DNA of 63,738 nt, counting the filler, from Octopus bimaculoides (lineage: Eukaryota): the NCBI RefSeq assembly GCF_001194135.2. It is 8 parts of 7 records of this genome, joined end to end, with 100 filler letters (N's around TTAATTAATTAA, not from the genome) between each part and the next. Parts side by side here need not be neighbours in the genome. Positions count along the whole stretch, not along the records: positions 38,222 to 48,584 come from NC_068981.1; positions 48,685 to 51,280 come from NW_026433004.1; positions 51,381 to 61,681 come from NC_068986.1; 5 more parts are not named here. One strand, given 5' to 3'. Below, one piece after another: positions 47,830 to 59,274 of this stretch. The translations under genes were made by a program, and so were the position numbers. The notes under the pieces were generated by a model. The model was not told the DNA's origin and searched no databases. It saw only the letters and a list, made by a program, of their open reading frames with translations. Position 1 is the first letter of the stretch. The number at the start of each line of letters is the position of its first letter.

Positions 47830-48090
47830 TCTTAATATATAAAATCCGTTCTGCCTGTCTGTCTGTTTGTGCACTTATAACTCAAGTATTGTTCATCTGA
47901 TCATGCTGAAATTTTAAACATGGATACATGAGAGAGTGGGGTGTTCCATAATCCAAAAAGATCTTCAAAATCGTTAGTTTCAAAGTGAGAATCACTATTT
48001 TTGTAATCTTTAATGTCCTGTTTGTTCCACCATTAAAACAACCAGTTGCTCAGACAGCTACCATTTCGCTAGCAACAAGGGGAGTACAGA
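47830..48090 (+). mobile_element. Possible non-autonomous Helitron 5' end
   Basis: A|TCTTAATATATAAAA followed by ctgtctgtctgtttgt, typical of Helitron 5' ends. No clear hairpin/CTAG 3' end was found. Confidence 0.45.
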
Positions 48091-48584
48091 ATGACAGTCG
48101 GCCAAAACCGTCGTTATGCTGTCTATCTTCTTTCGTCTCTCTGTGGGGTTAATAATCTTAATCTTTAGTTAGTTTCTCATTCAAACTACATAATAAGCAG
48201 AATTGTCGGATTAAGATAGTAGGGTGTTTGGATGGAGATTTGGCTGCTATTTCTACCAGGTCTTACGTCTATATTGTTATGTAACATACTGTCCTACATA
48301 TATTATATATTCCTTATACTTTCCAAAACTGAGTTACAGATTTTGACGTATGGAGTATCAAAAGATTCAGTACAATTTTGGCTACAAATTAAACTTAATT
48401 TCCATTCACATATTTGCATTTCAAATAATCTTTCCCATAAATCAACTATAGTAAAAATTTTATACAATGACATCATATTTTCTATATGAGTGTGTACCTT
48501 AAAAGACATCAATCATCACAACACACACCTTCACCCACTCACTCTATCTCTCTTTCTCACTCTGTTTCTCTCTCACATACACAC

Positions 48585-48684
48585 NNNNNNNNNNNNNNNN
48601 NNNNNNNNNNNNNNNNNNNNNNNNNNNNTTAATTAATTAANNNNNNNNNNNNNNNNNNNNNNNNNNNNNNNNNNNNNNNNNNNN
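48585..48684. other. Artificial scaffold linker
   Basis: 44 N + TTAATTAATTAA + 44 N. Confidence 0.95.
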
Positions 48685-48857
48685 ATTATCAGACAATTGC
48701 AAAAAAATGTTTAAAATAATTAAAAACTGCAAAAATTTGATACAAATTCTTCCTGGTTCAAAACGTTGCTTACTTTTTACTCAGCCTGAAAATATTATAT
48801 AATATGATATAATATAATATAATATAATATAATATAATAATGTAATATTTATTGCAG

Positions 48858-49189
48858 GTACAGAGACAAGAGTGAAAATGACGAGGAAAGAAACCATTGG
48901 CAATTCTACGGCAGGTATTGTAACTGTGAAATCGGGTTCGAATTGGTTGCACATCTGTTATGTTGAAAGCAACAGTACCACTATTGCCACATTGACATGC
49001 CAGCAGATGGGGTTCGCATTCGGTTCACCTCTAATTGTCCCCAACTGGCTTTCATCAAATAGCCCTGTAACGTTGGCCAATTGCCAGGGCAAGGAGACAA
49101 ACTTGGACCAGTGTAAATTTGACACCATGTCGGTAAATCGCTGCAAATCGGCCAGTCTGTTTGGTGTTTCGTGTCAAGGGCACATTTAA
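48858..49189 (+). CDS. Exon encoding one scavenger-receptor cysteine-rich (SRCR) domain, probably a terminal exon
   Basis: Phase-1 acceptor tttattgcag|GT. TETRVKM..GIVTV..W..IC..ATLTCQQMGF..ANCQGKETNLDQC..C..GVSC has six Cys in SRCR spacing. TAA follows three codons after the last Cys, and AATAAA is at 49233-49238. Confidence 0.8.
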
Positions 49190-49244
49190 ATGAATTGATC
49201 TCTTTCTGAAACTGTAAGGACTATGGAATGAGAATAAAGGGTAA

Positions 49245-49321
<77 letters not shown>

Positions 49322-49434
49322 TAATAAAATTTAAAAGAAAAAGTGAAATGAAAAAAGGAAAAATGTTATCAAGGAAACATACATGTTTATAGGCACAAAC
49401 AAACACACATATATAGTCGTACGCATATGTGTAT

Positions 49435-49505
<71 letters not shown>

Positions 49506-51280
49506 NNNNNNNNNNNNNNNNNNNNNNNNNNNNNNNNNNNNNNNNNNNNNNNNNNNNNNNNNNNNNNNNNNNNNNNNNNNNNNNNNNNNNNNNNNNNNNN
49601 NNNNNNNNNNNNNNNNNNNNNNNNNNNNNNNNNNNNNNNNNNNNNNNNNNNNNNNNNNNNNNNNNNNNNNNNNNNNNNNNNNNNNNNNNNNNNNNNNNNN
49701 NNNNNNNNNNNNNNNNNNNNNNNNNNNNNNNNNNNNNNNNNNNNNNNNNNNNNNNNNNNNNNNNNNNNNNNNNNNNNNNNNNNNNNNNNNNNNNNNNNNN
49801 NNNNNNNNNNNNNNNNNNNNNNNNNNNNNNNNNNNNNNNNNNNNNNNNNNNNNNNNNNNNNNNNNNNNNNNNNNNNNNNNNNNNNNNNNNNNNNNNNNNN
49901 NNNNNNNNNNNNNNNNNNNNNNNNNNNNNNNNNNNNNNNNNNNNNNNNNNNNNNNNNNNNNNNNNNNNNNNNNNNNNNNNNNNNNNNNNNNNNNNNNNNN
50001 NNNNNNNNNNNNNNNNNNNNNNNNNNNNNNNNNNNNNNNNNNNNNNNNNNNNNNNNNNNNNNNNNNNNNNNNNNNNNNNNNNNNNNNNNNNNNNNNNNNN
50101 NNNNNNNNNNNNNNNNNNNNNNNNNNNNNNNNNNNNNNNNNNNNNNNNNNNNNNNNNNNNNNNNNNNNNNNNNNNNNNNNNNNNNNNNNNNNNNNNNNNN
50201 NNNNNNNNNNNNNNNNNNNNNNNNNNNNNNNNNNNNNNNNNNNNNNNNNNNNNNNNNNNNNNNNNNNNNNNNNNNNNNNNNNNNNNNNNNNNNNNNNNNN
50301 NNNNNNNNNNNNNNNNNNNNNNNNNNNNNNNNNNNNNNNNNNNNNNNNNNNNNNNNNNNNNNNNNNNNNNNNNNNNNNNNNNNGATTCTACGAATGTATT
50401 GACTTCTTTTTCAGCAAATGTTCTTTGTCTTTATTGATTTTATTAAAACACTAATTTCAAATACATATATGTAAAATAAAGTATTTTTGAGATGATGTGA
50501 TGTTGTGATGTTCATGCGTTTATCAAAGCGAAATTTTTGAATCTGTTTAGAGAAGTGTATTTGCTTTTATCTGGGATATTCCATCTTTTTATGCCAGTTG
50601 AGCTGGTATTTGTCGATCTGACGGCGGCGGCAGTGTTGTGACTGTTGGTGATGATGATGGTGATGATGACGATGATGGTGGTGATGTTCGTGATGACGGA
50701 AGTGGCGGCAGAAACGACGACGACAACGACGATGATGATGTTGACGATGACGATGACGATGATAATGATGATTGTTTTGTGACTTTTATAAATAAGGTAA
50801 CCGAGTACACTATTGTCATGTTCCAAGGGAAATAATCAGTAAACAGACATGTAAATGTGCAGAGTTGTTTCCCTTGGATATTTGCGTCTCTGTTGCACTA
50901 CAAAAAACTTTGTTGACATTTATAAGTCTCGTGTGTTACATCGGAAATATTAGAGGATGTATTACAAATGGTTGAGTGTAACACCGAGTCAACGAGGAAG
51001 CTTCTACGAGGGGTAGATTTGCTAAACTCGCCGCCCAAATTTCCCACACGACCGTTTTAAAACGATGGCTACATTGACCTTAAAGGGACGTAACTACATA
51101 CTACAGCACCTCCTTGTCTTACAGCGATTCTGTCAGAAATCTGTCTAAAAATAATAGTTCTTTTTTTAATATTGACATAACGTTATAACTGTTTGAAGTA
51201 AGATGAAATAAATTAATTCTGGTAATTTACTTGGTTGATATTCGAAAGAAAAATATAAACCGAGAGATATGTTTTGACGT

Positions 51281-51380
51281 NNNNNNNNNNNNNNNNNNNN
51301 NNNNNNNNNNNNNNNNNNNNNNNNTTAATTAATTAANNNNNNNNNNNNNNNNNNNNNNNNNNNNNNNNNNNNNNNNNNNN
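51281..51380. other. Artificial scaffold linker
   Basis: 44 N + TTAATTAATTAA + 44 N. Confidence 0.95.
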
Positions 51381-51448
<68 letters not shown>

Positions 51449-51802
51449 TTTATATCTGTGTTTGTCTCCCACCACTGCTTGACGACTGATGTTGATGTAT
51501 TTTACAATATAAGGCGAAACAGTGACTTCGAAGTTTTGGCCTGCTAGCTTTCGTCGGACTGTGGTACAGCTAGATAGGATCCTCTTGGCTTTATATAGTC
51601 TCAGTTTATTAGGTGTGTCTCAAATATACCTAATTTAGTTACTACTACCAAAGTTGTTTACAAGCGTGGCTGAACTCTGAACTTCAAATAATTAAACCTT
51701 CCAACAATATCTTTCCATCAGCACTCACCGTGCAAGCTTACTTGCCTCCTACCCTCCTCTCTACTTCCTAAACGTAAATACATTAATACTAATTAACATT
51801 CA

Positions 51803-52130
51803 ACAGAGGCGCAGCAGTGGGTGCATGGTAAGTAACTTGCTTACCAACCACTTGGTTCCGGGTTCAGTCCCACTGCGTAGCACCTTGGGCAAGTGTTTTC
51901 TACTATAGCCTCGGGCCGACCAAAGTGTTGTGAGTGGATTTGGCAGACGGAAACTGAAAGAAGCCCGTCGTATGTGTGTGTTTGTGTATGTGTGTGTGTG
52001 TGTGTCTGTCTGTCTGTATTTGTCCCCCAACATCGCTTGACTACCGATGGTGGTGTCTTTATGTCCCCGTAACTTAGCGGTTCGACAAAGGCATCCGATA
52101 GAATAAGTACTGGGCTTATAAAGAATAAGT
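51803..52130 (+). mobile_element. SINE family A, runs into a gap
   Basis: Similarity to family A. Confidence 0.9.
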
Positions 52131-53646
52131 NNNNNNNNNNNNNNNNNNNNNNNNNNNNNNNNNNNNNNNNNNNNNNNNNNNNNNNNNNNNNNNNNNNNNN
52201 NNNNNNNNNNNNNNNNNNNNNNNNNNNNNNNNNNNNNNNNNNNNNNNNNNNNNNNNNNNNNNNNNNNNNNNNNNNNNNNNNNNNNNNNNNNNNNNNNNNN
52301 NNNNNNNNNNNNNNNNNNNNNNNNNNNNNNNNNNNNNNNNNNNNNNNNNNNNNNNNNNNNNNNNNNNNNNNNNNNNNNNNNNNNNNNNNNNNNNNNNNNN
52401 NNNNNNNNNNNNNNNNNNNNNNNNNNNNNNNNNNNNNNNNNNNNNATATATATATGGTATGTTATGTGAATTTATGGAAAGGTATCCCATAGAACTCAAC
52501 AAATTTGTTAAAAATGGAGAAGAGAAGATGTTAAAATTTAAAGAATTTTAATATATGCATACGATCGTTTCAAATAGTGATATTAAAACAGGCAAATTCA
52601 TTGATGGTAGAATTAATTTGATTAAATTAAATTTATTATATATCAATGTTCTCCTCAGTGCATGAAGTATGAACAGAAAATTATAATTACAGAGGACTTG
52701 ATACAGGAAAAAGCAGAGAATAATTTCGGATATACATATTTATCCTTATGAAAATTACGAGCATCATAATAAAAGATGTGCGTCTAGCTATGTATAAACT
52801 AAAACTAAGACAACTAACAGTTATTTGAAAATATAAGTGAAGAAGTTTTTATGAGACGTTCCCTCTCTATAGAAGAGTAAGTGGATAAGTAATTCAAACT
52901 CTAAATAAGTCATGCATGAAAGGAAGTTCTATAGAAAATTCCAATGGGAAAGCGTAGCTATGTTTGGATTAGGATGTGACTTGACAGTAATAAACAATAT
53001 TAGGTATGGTGTGTATTTTTAAAAAAAATTGTGCGTTAGAATGAAATTAAACTAATGAATGCAGTATATAGGAGGCTGCTAGAATGCAACGAAAGCAAAT
53101 ATTAGGGGTAGAAATAATTAAAGAACTACGTAAAATGGAGTTGTGTTAGTGTAAGAACTAATATTCGTGTGTATGTATTAGATATAAGGAAAAAATAGGT
53201 AATTAGTTGTTAATATTACAGATATAGATAGTAAATACTTGCTGCGGCTATGAATATTAAAAAGAACGTTGGGAGGTGTAGCAAATTGAAAATAACAAAA
53301 GTAGGGAAGATAATATAGCTAGGAAAAGAATTTTAGATTATGAGTATCAATATGTGAGGCATTGGCTATGTTAGGGTAGAAATAAAATGTGAGTTAAGAT
53401 GCTAGTTTGGCATAAAGTGAGAGTAAATAGTAATATTATGTAAGTAATAAATATTAAAGTAATAGAAGGTTATTTTGCATTATGAATATAAGAAAAAAAA
53501 TTTTTTGTAAGTAGTGAGTGCACACAAGTATTCAGAATATACAAAATAATTCATATATAAACAATTGTAGCGTGGAAGGTGTTTATAAGCCATTTAAGAA
53601 ACACACAAAAACCTTTAGATTCACTTCAATATTTAAATTTAATTTG

Positions 53647-53693
53647 TGTCAAAATATTTTCGTCCGTTTGAGACCGCGACCTGTTCACTGACA
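53647..53693 (-). ncRNA. Minimal type I hammerhead motif with G3-C8 swapped core (GUGAACA)
   Basis: tgtca-GTGAACA-g-gtc(13 nt)gac-GAAA-atat-T-T-tgaca. Stem I 5 bp, stem III is the loopless palindrome aatatt. Confidence 0.7.
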
Positions 53694-54109
53694 AATTTCC
53701 GTGCTGCACGGAATTTTGTCAGTGAACCCTAATCCTAATTTCACAGTGTAAGCTCTGGACATTGTGATAGACCGTGCGCTTAATTAGACCCTCGTAGAGT
53801 TTATAGCAACCAAGAAACGAAACTGAATAAACCGATTGAGTTTCGTTTAATGTCACCCTCAAACTATTTTCCACAACACAACTAAAAATATGCTCATGAA
53901 CAATTTGGTTACAACTGGGTCATAAAATTCAATGCCACGTACTTGATAAATGCTGACTTGATAAGTAGTTTCAGGTAACTTTGAGTCGGTATGTAAATAC
54001 GAGTGAGCCCTCTCCGACCACACTTTTATTATTCATATAGGAGCAATCGTAACTATCTCCCAGCAACCAGATGTAATCAAGAGCGTATGTATGTATGTAT
54101 GTATGTATG

Positions 54110-54148
<39 letters not shown>

Positions 54149-54374
54149 GTAGTATGTATGTATGTATGTATGTATGTATGTATGTATGTATGTATGTACA
54201 ATTTGGTTATGAAATATGAATGTATAAAGAGATCAAAGGAAAATTAGACATTACATATATCAAAATCATCAAAAGCTGCAAATCAAACGAACAAATCAAA
54301 TTTAGTAACTAGCAGAAAACCACCCAGAGGGCGTTTCTTCTGCACATACATACATATGTATATGTGTGTGTGTA

Positions 54375-54416
<42 letters not shown>

Positions 54417-54725
54417 NNNNNNNNNNNNNNNNNNNNNNNNNNNNNNNNNNNNNNNNNNNNNNNNNNNNNNNNNNNNNNNNNNNNNNNNNNNNNNNNNNNN
54501 NNNNNNNNNNNNNNNNNNNNNNNNNNNNNNNNNNNNNNNNNNNNNNNNNNNNNNNNNNNNNNNNNNNNNNNNNNNNNNNNNNNNNNNNNNNNNNNNNNNN
54601 NNNNNNNNNNNNNNNNNNNNNNNNNNNNNNNNNNNNNNNNNNNNNNNNNNNNNNNNNNNNNNNNNNNNNNNNNNNNNNNNNNNNNNNNNNNNNNNNNNNN
54701 NNNNNNNNNNNNNNNNNNNNNNNNN

Positions 54726-54940
54726 GCTCCAGTTCACTCAGCTGGCAAAAATGAATAGTACCGGTATTTCAAAGGGCCGGCCTTATCACGCTATATGTCA
54801 CGCTGAGTCTCCCTGAGAACTACGTTAGGGATACACGCGTCTGTGCAGTGCTTAGCCACTTGTTCATTAATTTTACGAGCAAGCTGTTCCGTAGATAGTA
54901 TCAGCTGGGGCCCTCGTCGTCGTAACCGATGGAGTGCTCC
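54726..54940 (+). mobile_element. SINE family C 3' part
   Basis: Similarity to 37753-38075. Confidence 0.85.
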
Positions 54941-54954
54941 TATATATATATATA

Positions 54955-55360
54955 TGGTTCCGGGTTCAGTCCCACTGCGTGGCACCTTGGGCAAGTGTAT
55001 TCTACTATAGACTCGGGCCGGCCAAAGCCTTGTGAGGGGATTTGGTAGACGAAACTGAAAGTCCCTCTGCCTCTACCTCTCTCTCTTCTCTTCCCATGTG
55101 ACCGGCGTTCGGCCAAGTCTGATCTTTCCTGGGCGGCCGTTGTACGTGCAACGTCGATATTTCTCCCTGTGCCTGTGAAAGCTTGTATCCCTGCTGTAAG
55201 GCTTTATTTCCACACACACCAGCTTAGCTTAATTCGTCCTTAGTCGAAAGACACCTGTTGTTATGTCCTGTTACTATTTTTATTGTATTTGTGTAACATT
55301 GTTCGTTCAAGGCCGTGCTCCAGTATGGCCGCAATCAAATAACTGAAACAAATAAAAGAA
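54955..55360 (+). mobile_element. SINE family A ends enclosing a piece of the 45571-46103 repeat family
   Basis: SINE 5' part to about 55062 and SINE 3' tail at 55308-55360. Confidence 0.7.
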
Positions 55361-55391
55361 TATGCACAGACAGACAGACAGACAGACAGAC

Positions 55392-55440
<49 letters not shown>

Positions 55441-56051
55441 TCGTAGGAGTACAAAAAAGTACTTCTACGTACATGGTAACTGTAGGAAGAAAGTGAAAAA
55501 GATATAAACGTTTTGGAGTAAAACTTTAATACATTAAGTCTCGGCCCACCCTACCTCATTCCGTTGCTTGGAACTTTGTTTTCTGTTCATAGATAACACT
55601 TGGACAGGACTGGTAAGTTGACTAAATAACTCTGTAGGGAGTTGTATCATAATTTATGGTGTAGCTTCGTTAAGCTATACGCAAACAAACTAGTGGAAAC
55701 GAGAATACATTTATCAAAAGTTTATTACTTTACATACATCAGGGCTTAAGTCGCCAGTTATTTCTGTTTAACTCATTCAAATTCGTTTAACACTCACTTC
55801 TGACATTTTTTTGTTCTTCTTCTCCCACCGGAAGTCCCTTTCGCTGCTGACCAACTTCCTAGCTAGCCCGCAGCGAAGTCCCTGTCTACAGTTCGTCTGT
55901 CATGAATCTTCTTCTACAGTGGTACCTTGATGTGTTGATTGTGTTTTCATCTTCTGCAAGTGAGAGTGATTTGTAGACTTCCTGTTTCAATGTTGTTTAC
56001 ATTCAGGCAAGCTTATAGTTGCATCAAATTCAGTTGTCTTCATCTTCTTTG

Positions 56052-56261
56052 ACATTGTTTCATTCATTTGACTGCGGCCATGCTGGAGCACCGCCTTTAG
56101 TCGAGCAAATCGACCCCAGGACTTATTCTTTGTAAGCCTAGTACTTATTCTATCAGTCTCTTTTTGCCGAACCGCTAAGTTACGGGGACGTAAATACACC
56201 AGCATCGGTTGTCAAGCGATGGAGGGGTGACAAACACAGACACACAAACAGACATACATAT

Positions 56262-56309
<48 letters not shown>

Positions 56310-56471
56310 GTCAGGCTTCTTTCAGTTTTCATCTACCAAATCCACTCACAAGGTTTTGGTCGGCCCGAGGCTATAGTAGAAGACACTTGCCCAAGGTGCG
56401 ACGCAGTGGGACTGAACCTCGAACCATGTGGTTGGTAAGCAAGCGACTTACCACACAGCCACTCCTGCGCC
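56052..56471 (-). mobile_element. SINE family A, near full length and well preserved
   Basis: Head ggcgcaggagtggctgtgtggtaag, CORE-like ccttgggcaagtg, tail gactgaaaca-like. CpGs are retained. Confidence 0.95.
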
Positions 56472-56624
56472 TATATGAAATTCTCTTAGTGAAATTCTCA
56501 ATAAGAATCAGTGTGGCACAGTGCCACGAGGGTGGATACAATTCATAAGGATTTATTTATGTATGTACGTTTATTGGTAGGTAAATAGGTAGGTAAGTAG
56601 ATAGGTAGGTATGCATGCATGTGT

Positions 56625-56671
<47 letters not shown>

Positions 56672-56786
56672 CTGGTGGTGTATGCATGTATATAGATAGA
56701 TACATACATATATATATACGTGTGTATGTATGTATGTATATATATGTATATATATATATACATATATATATACATATGTATGTATG

Positions 56787-56820
<34 letters not shown>

Positions 56821-57158
56821 CATGCATGTATGTATGTATGTATGTATGCGTGTATGTATGTTTGTATGTATGTGTGTGTATGTATGTATGTATGTATGTA
56901 TGTATGTATACACAGGTTGTCGTTTAACAAGACAGTCTATCAAAGTTACCAAACTTGTTTGACGTGACAGTAGACGTTCATTTGTTTAACCTTGAGCTAA
57001 AACAAGACGGATACCCAGGTACAATGGACGGCCCAGGATAAATACAATCAGCAGCAGCTCCGTTACGTTTTCCAAATACGAAACTTTGCCCCAGTAATGA
57101 CCATCACGCAGAGAAGGTTCTGTACAACTGCGCCTTTGTCACGTGTCTGACGTTTGCA

Positions 57159-57190
<32 letters not shown>

Positions 57191-57272
57191 GCAGTCAGAC
57201 AGACAGACAGACAGACAGTCAGACAGGCAGGCAGATAGGCAGACAGGCAGACAGACAGACAGACAGACAGAC

Positions 57273-57323
<51 letters not shown>

Positions 57324-57324
57324 C

Positions 57325-57548
57325 ACATAGGGGACAAAATACAATGTAGAGCTTTTCTTTTTGGGAAGGAAAGAAAAAAGGTGGGGCTAGAATTTCGATC
57401 AAAAGGGATTGTGGAAAAAAAAAGGGTGGGGAAGCCGATTAATAGGGATCGTGTATCACAGAAATGTCATAGTGTAAAATGGGAAACAGATTAGGTTTAT
57501 CCGTGGAAAGAAAAGCCTACGGAAAAGACCACGGTAACCTCGGGCAAT
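57325..57548 (-). mobile_element. 3' UTR fragment of the L1/Tx1-like LINE seen at 5353-5727
   Basis: ggttaccgtggtc..ggataaacctaat..tttacacta..aagaaaagctctaca..ttgtcccct. Confidence 0.8.
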
Positions 57549-57549
57549 A

Positions 57550-57582
57550 ACGTCATATCGGTTGTCAAGCGATGGTGGGGGA

Positions 57583-57625
<43 letters not shown>

Positions 57626-57635
57626 GTGTGTGCGT

Positions 57636-57679
<44 letters not shown>

Positions 57680-57853
57680 CTTTCAATTTCCGTGCTTCTT
57701 TCAGTTTCCGTCTACCAAATCCACTCACATGTCTTTGGTTGGCCCGAGGATATAGCAGAAAACTTTTGCCCAAGGTGCCACGACGCAGTGAGACTGAAAC
57801 TAGAACCATGTAGTTGGTAAGCAAGCTACTTACCACGCAGCGACTCCTGCGCC
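57550..57853 (-). mobile_element. SINE family A 5' two-thirds
   Basis: Similarity to family A. Confidence 0.9.
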
Positions 57854-57895
57854 TATGTATGTGTATGTATGTGTATAGCTGTTATTTGTCGCTTT

Positions 57896-58148
57896 TCAAG
57901 CGGTTCACTAGTCAAGCTGATCGCTGCTCAAGCGGATCGCTGCTCAAGCGAATCGCTGCTCAAGCGGATCGCAGCGCAAGCAGATCACTCGTTAAGAGAA
58001 AGCTAGTCAAATTGATCACTGGTTAAGGATAGTGTATCAAATGGATCGCTGGTCAAGCAGATCTCTGGTCAAGTGGATCACTAGTCAAGTTGATCGCGGC
58101 TCAGTCGGATCGAAGGTCCAGCGGGTCATTGGTCAAGCGGATATTTGG
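57896..58148. repeat. 16-bp minisatellite (consensus about TCAAGCGGATCGCTGG), about 16 units
   Basis: Units read directly, for example tcaagcggatcgctgc repeated with variants. Confidence 0.9.
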
Positions 58149-58497
58149 TTCGATGTAATGCAGGTTTTGGATGTTGTTGGTGTTGTTGTTTTAGTCTCCA
58201 TGAGACTGATGTAGCCGTGCTACGGTCAAAGACACCCAACCAAGACCATCCTGTCTTCCCTTATATCAGGGAGTACTCAAGTGCTCTGATTTATATTAAA
58301 GGTTGATACACTGTAGAGGAAACTACAACAGCAACCGTAACAGCGGTTAAAACAACGACAGGATAAGAACAAGAACCACCACCACCACCACCACCACGAC
58401 GGTGGCGACGACTGCGGCGGCGGCGGCGATGACGATAACATCGACAACATCAACAGTCACAGCGGCAGTTAAATCTCTCTCAAATCTTACTCTACTA

Positions 58498-58997
58498 CGG
58501 CACTCCGTCGGTTACGACGACGAGAGTTCCAGCTGATCCAATCAACGGAACAGCCTGCTTGTGAAATTACCATGCAAGTGGCTGAGCACTCCACAAACCT
58601 GTGTACTATGAATGTGCAAGTGGCTGAGAACTCGCTAGACATGTGTACTATGAATGTGCAAGTGGCTGAGTACTCCACAGACGTGTACAATTAATGTGCA
58701 AGTGGCTGAGCACTTCACAGACACCTGTACCCTTAACGTAGTTCTCCGGGAGATTCAGCGTGACACAGAGTGACAAGGCTGGCCCTTTGAATTACAGGTA
58801 CAACAGAAACAGGAAGAAAGCGTGAGAGAAAGTTGTGGTGAAAGAGTACAGCAGGGTTCGCCACCATCCCCTGCCAGAACCTTGTGGAGCTTTAGGTGTT
58901 TTCGCTCAATAAACACTCACAACGCCCGGTCTGGGAATCGAAACTGTGATCCTATGACCACGAGACCGCTGCCCTAACCACTGGGCCATTATGCCTC
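58498..58997 (-). mobile_element. SINE family D (own tRNA-like head and body, family C tail) with a fourfold internal ~42-bp duplication
   Basis: Head gaggcataatggcccagtggttagggc. tgcaagtggctgag occurs four times in 58572-58735. Confidence 0.85.
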
Positions 58998-59274
58998 TAC
59001 TTACTCTATCGTCTTAAAGAATGAAAGGACACCCCGCATAATTTTAGCTCCACTGTATCTGAAGCAACAGTAGCAACCACAACGGGACAAGAACAACGAA
59101 ACAACTACTATGACGACGATATCACAAACAACAACAACAACAGTAGCAGCAACAACAATCGTAGAATATCGACGAGCAACTTGTACGCACACCGCTGCCA
59201 TTGTATGGAGAAAGTTTGAATATGTCCGATCATAAATTTGTCCAGTCATAAACTAAAATAACTCTTTTCTACTC

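Noticed and set aside
52447-53520. Mitochondrial insertion (NUMT)
   Set aside because: The composition is suggestive, but TAA/TAG stops persist under the invertebrate mitochondrial code and I found no COX, ND, CYTB or ATP motifs.
2822-54816. Long ORFs in the supplied track that are mostly X or HT/YI/LS/CV repeats
   Set aside because: They are artefacts of N gaps and di- or tetranucleotide repeats.
57896-58735. CRISPR-like arrays
   Set aside because: The units are directly adjacent with no unique spacers, there are no cas genes, and the context is eukaryotic.
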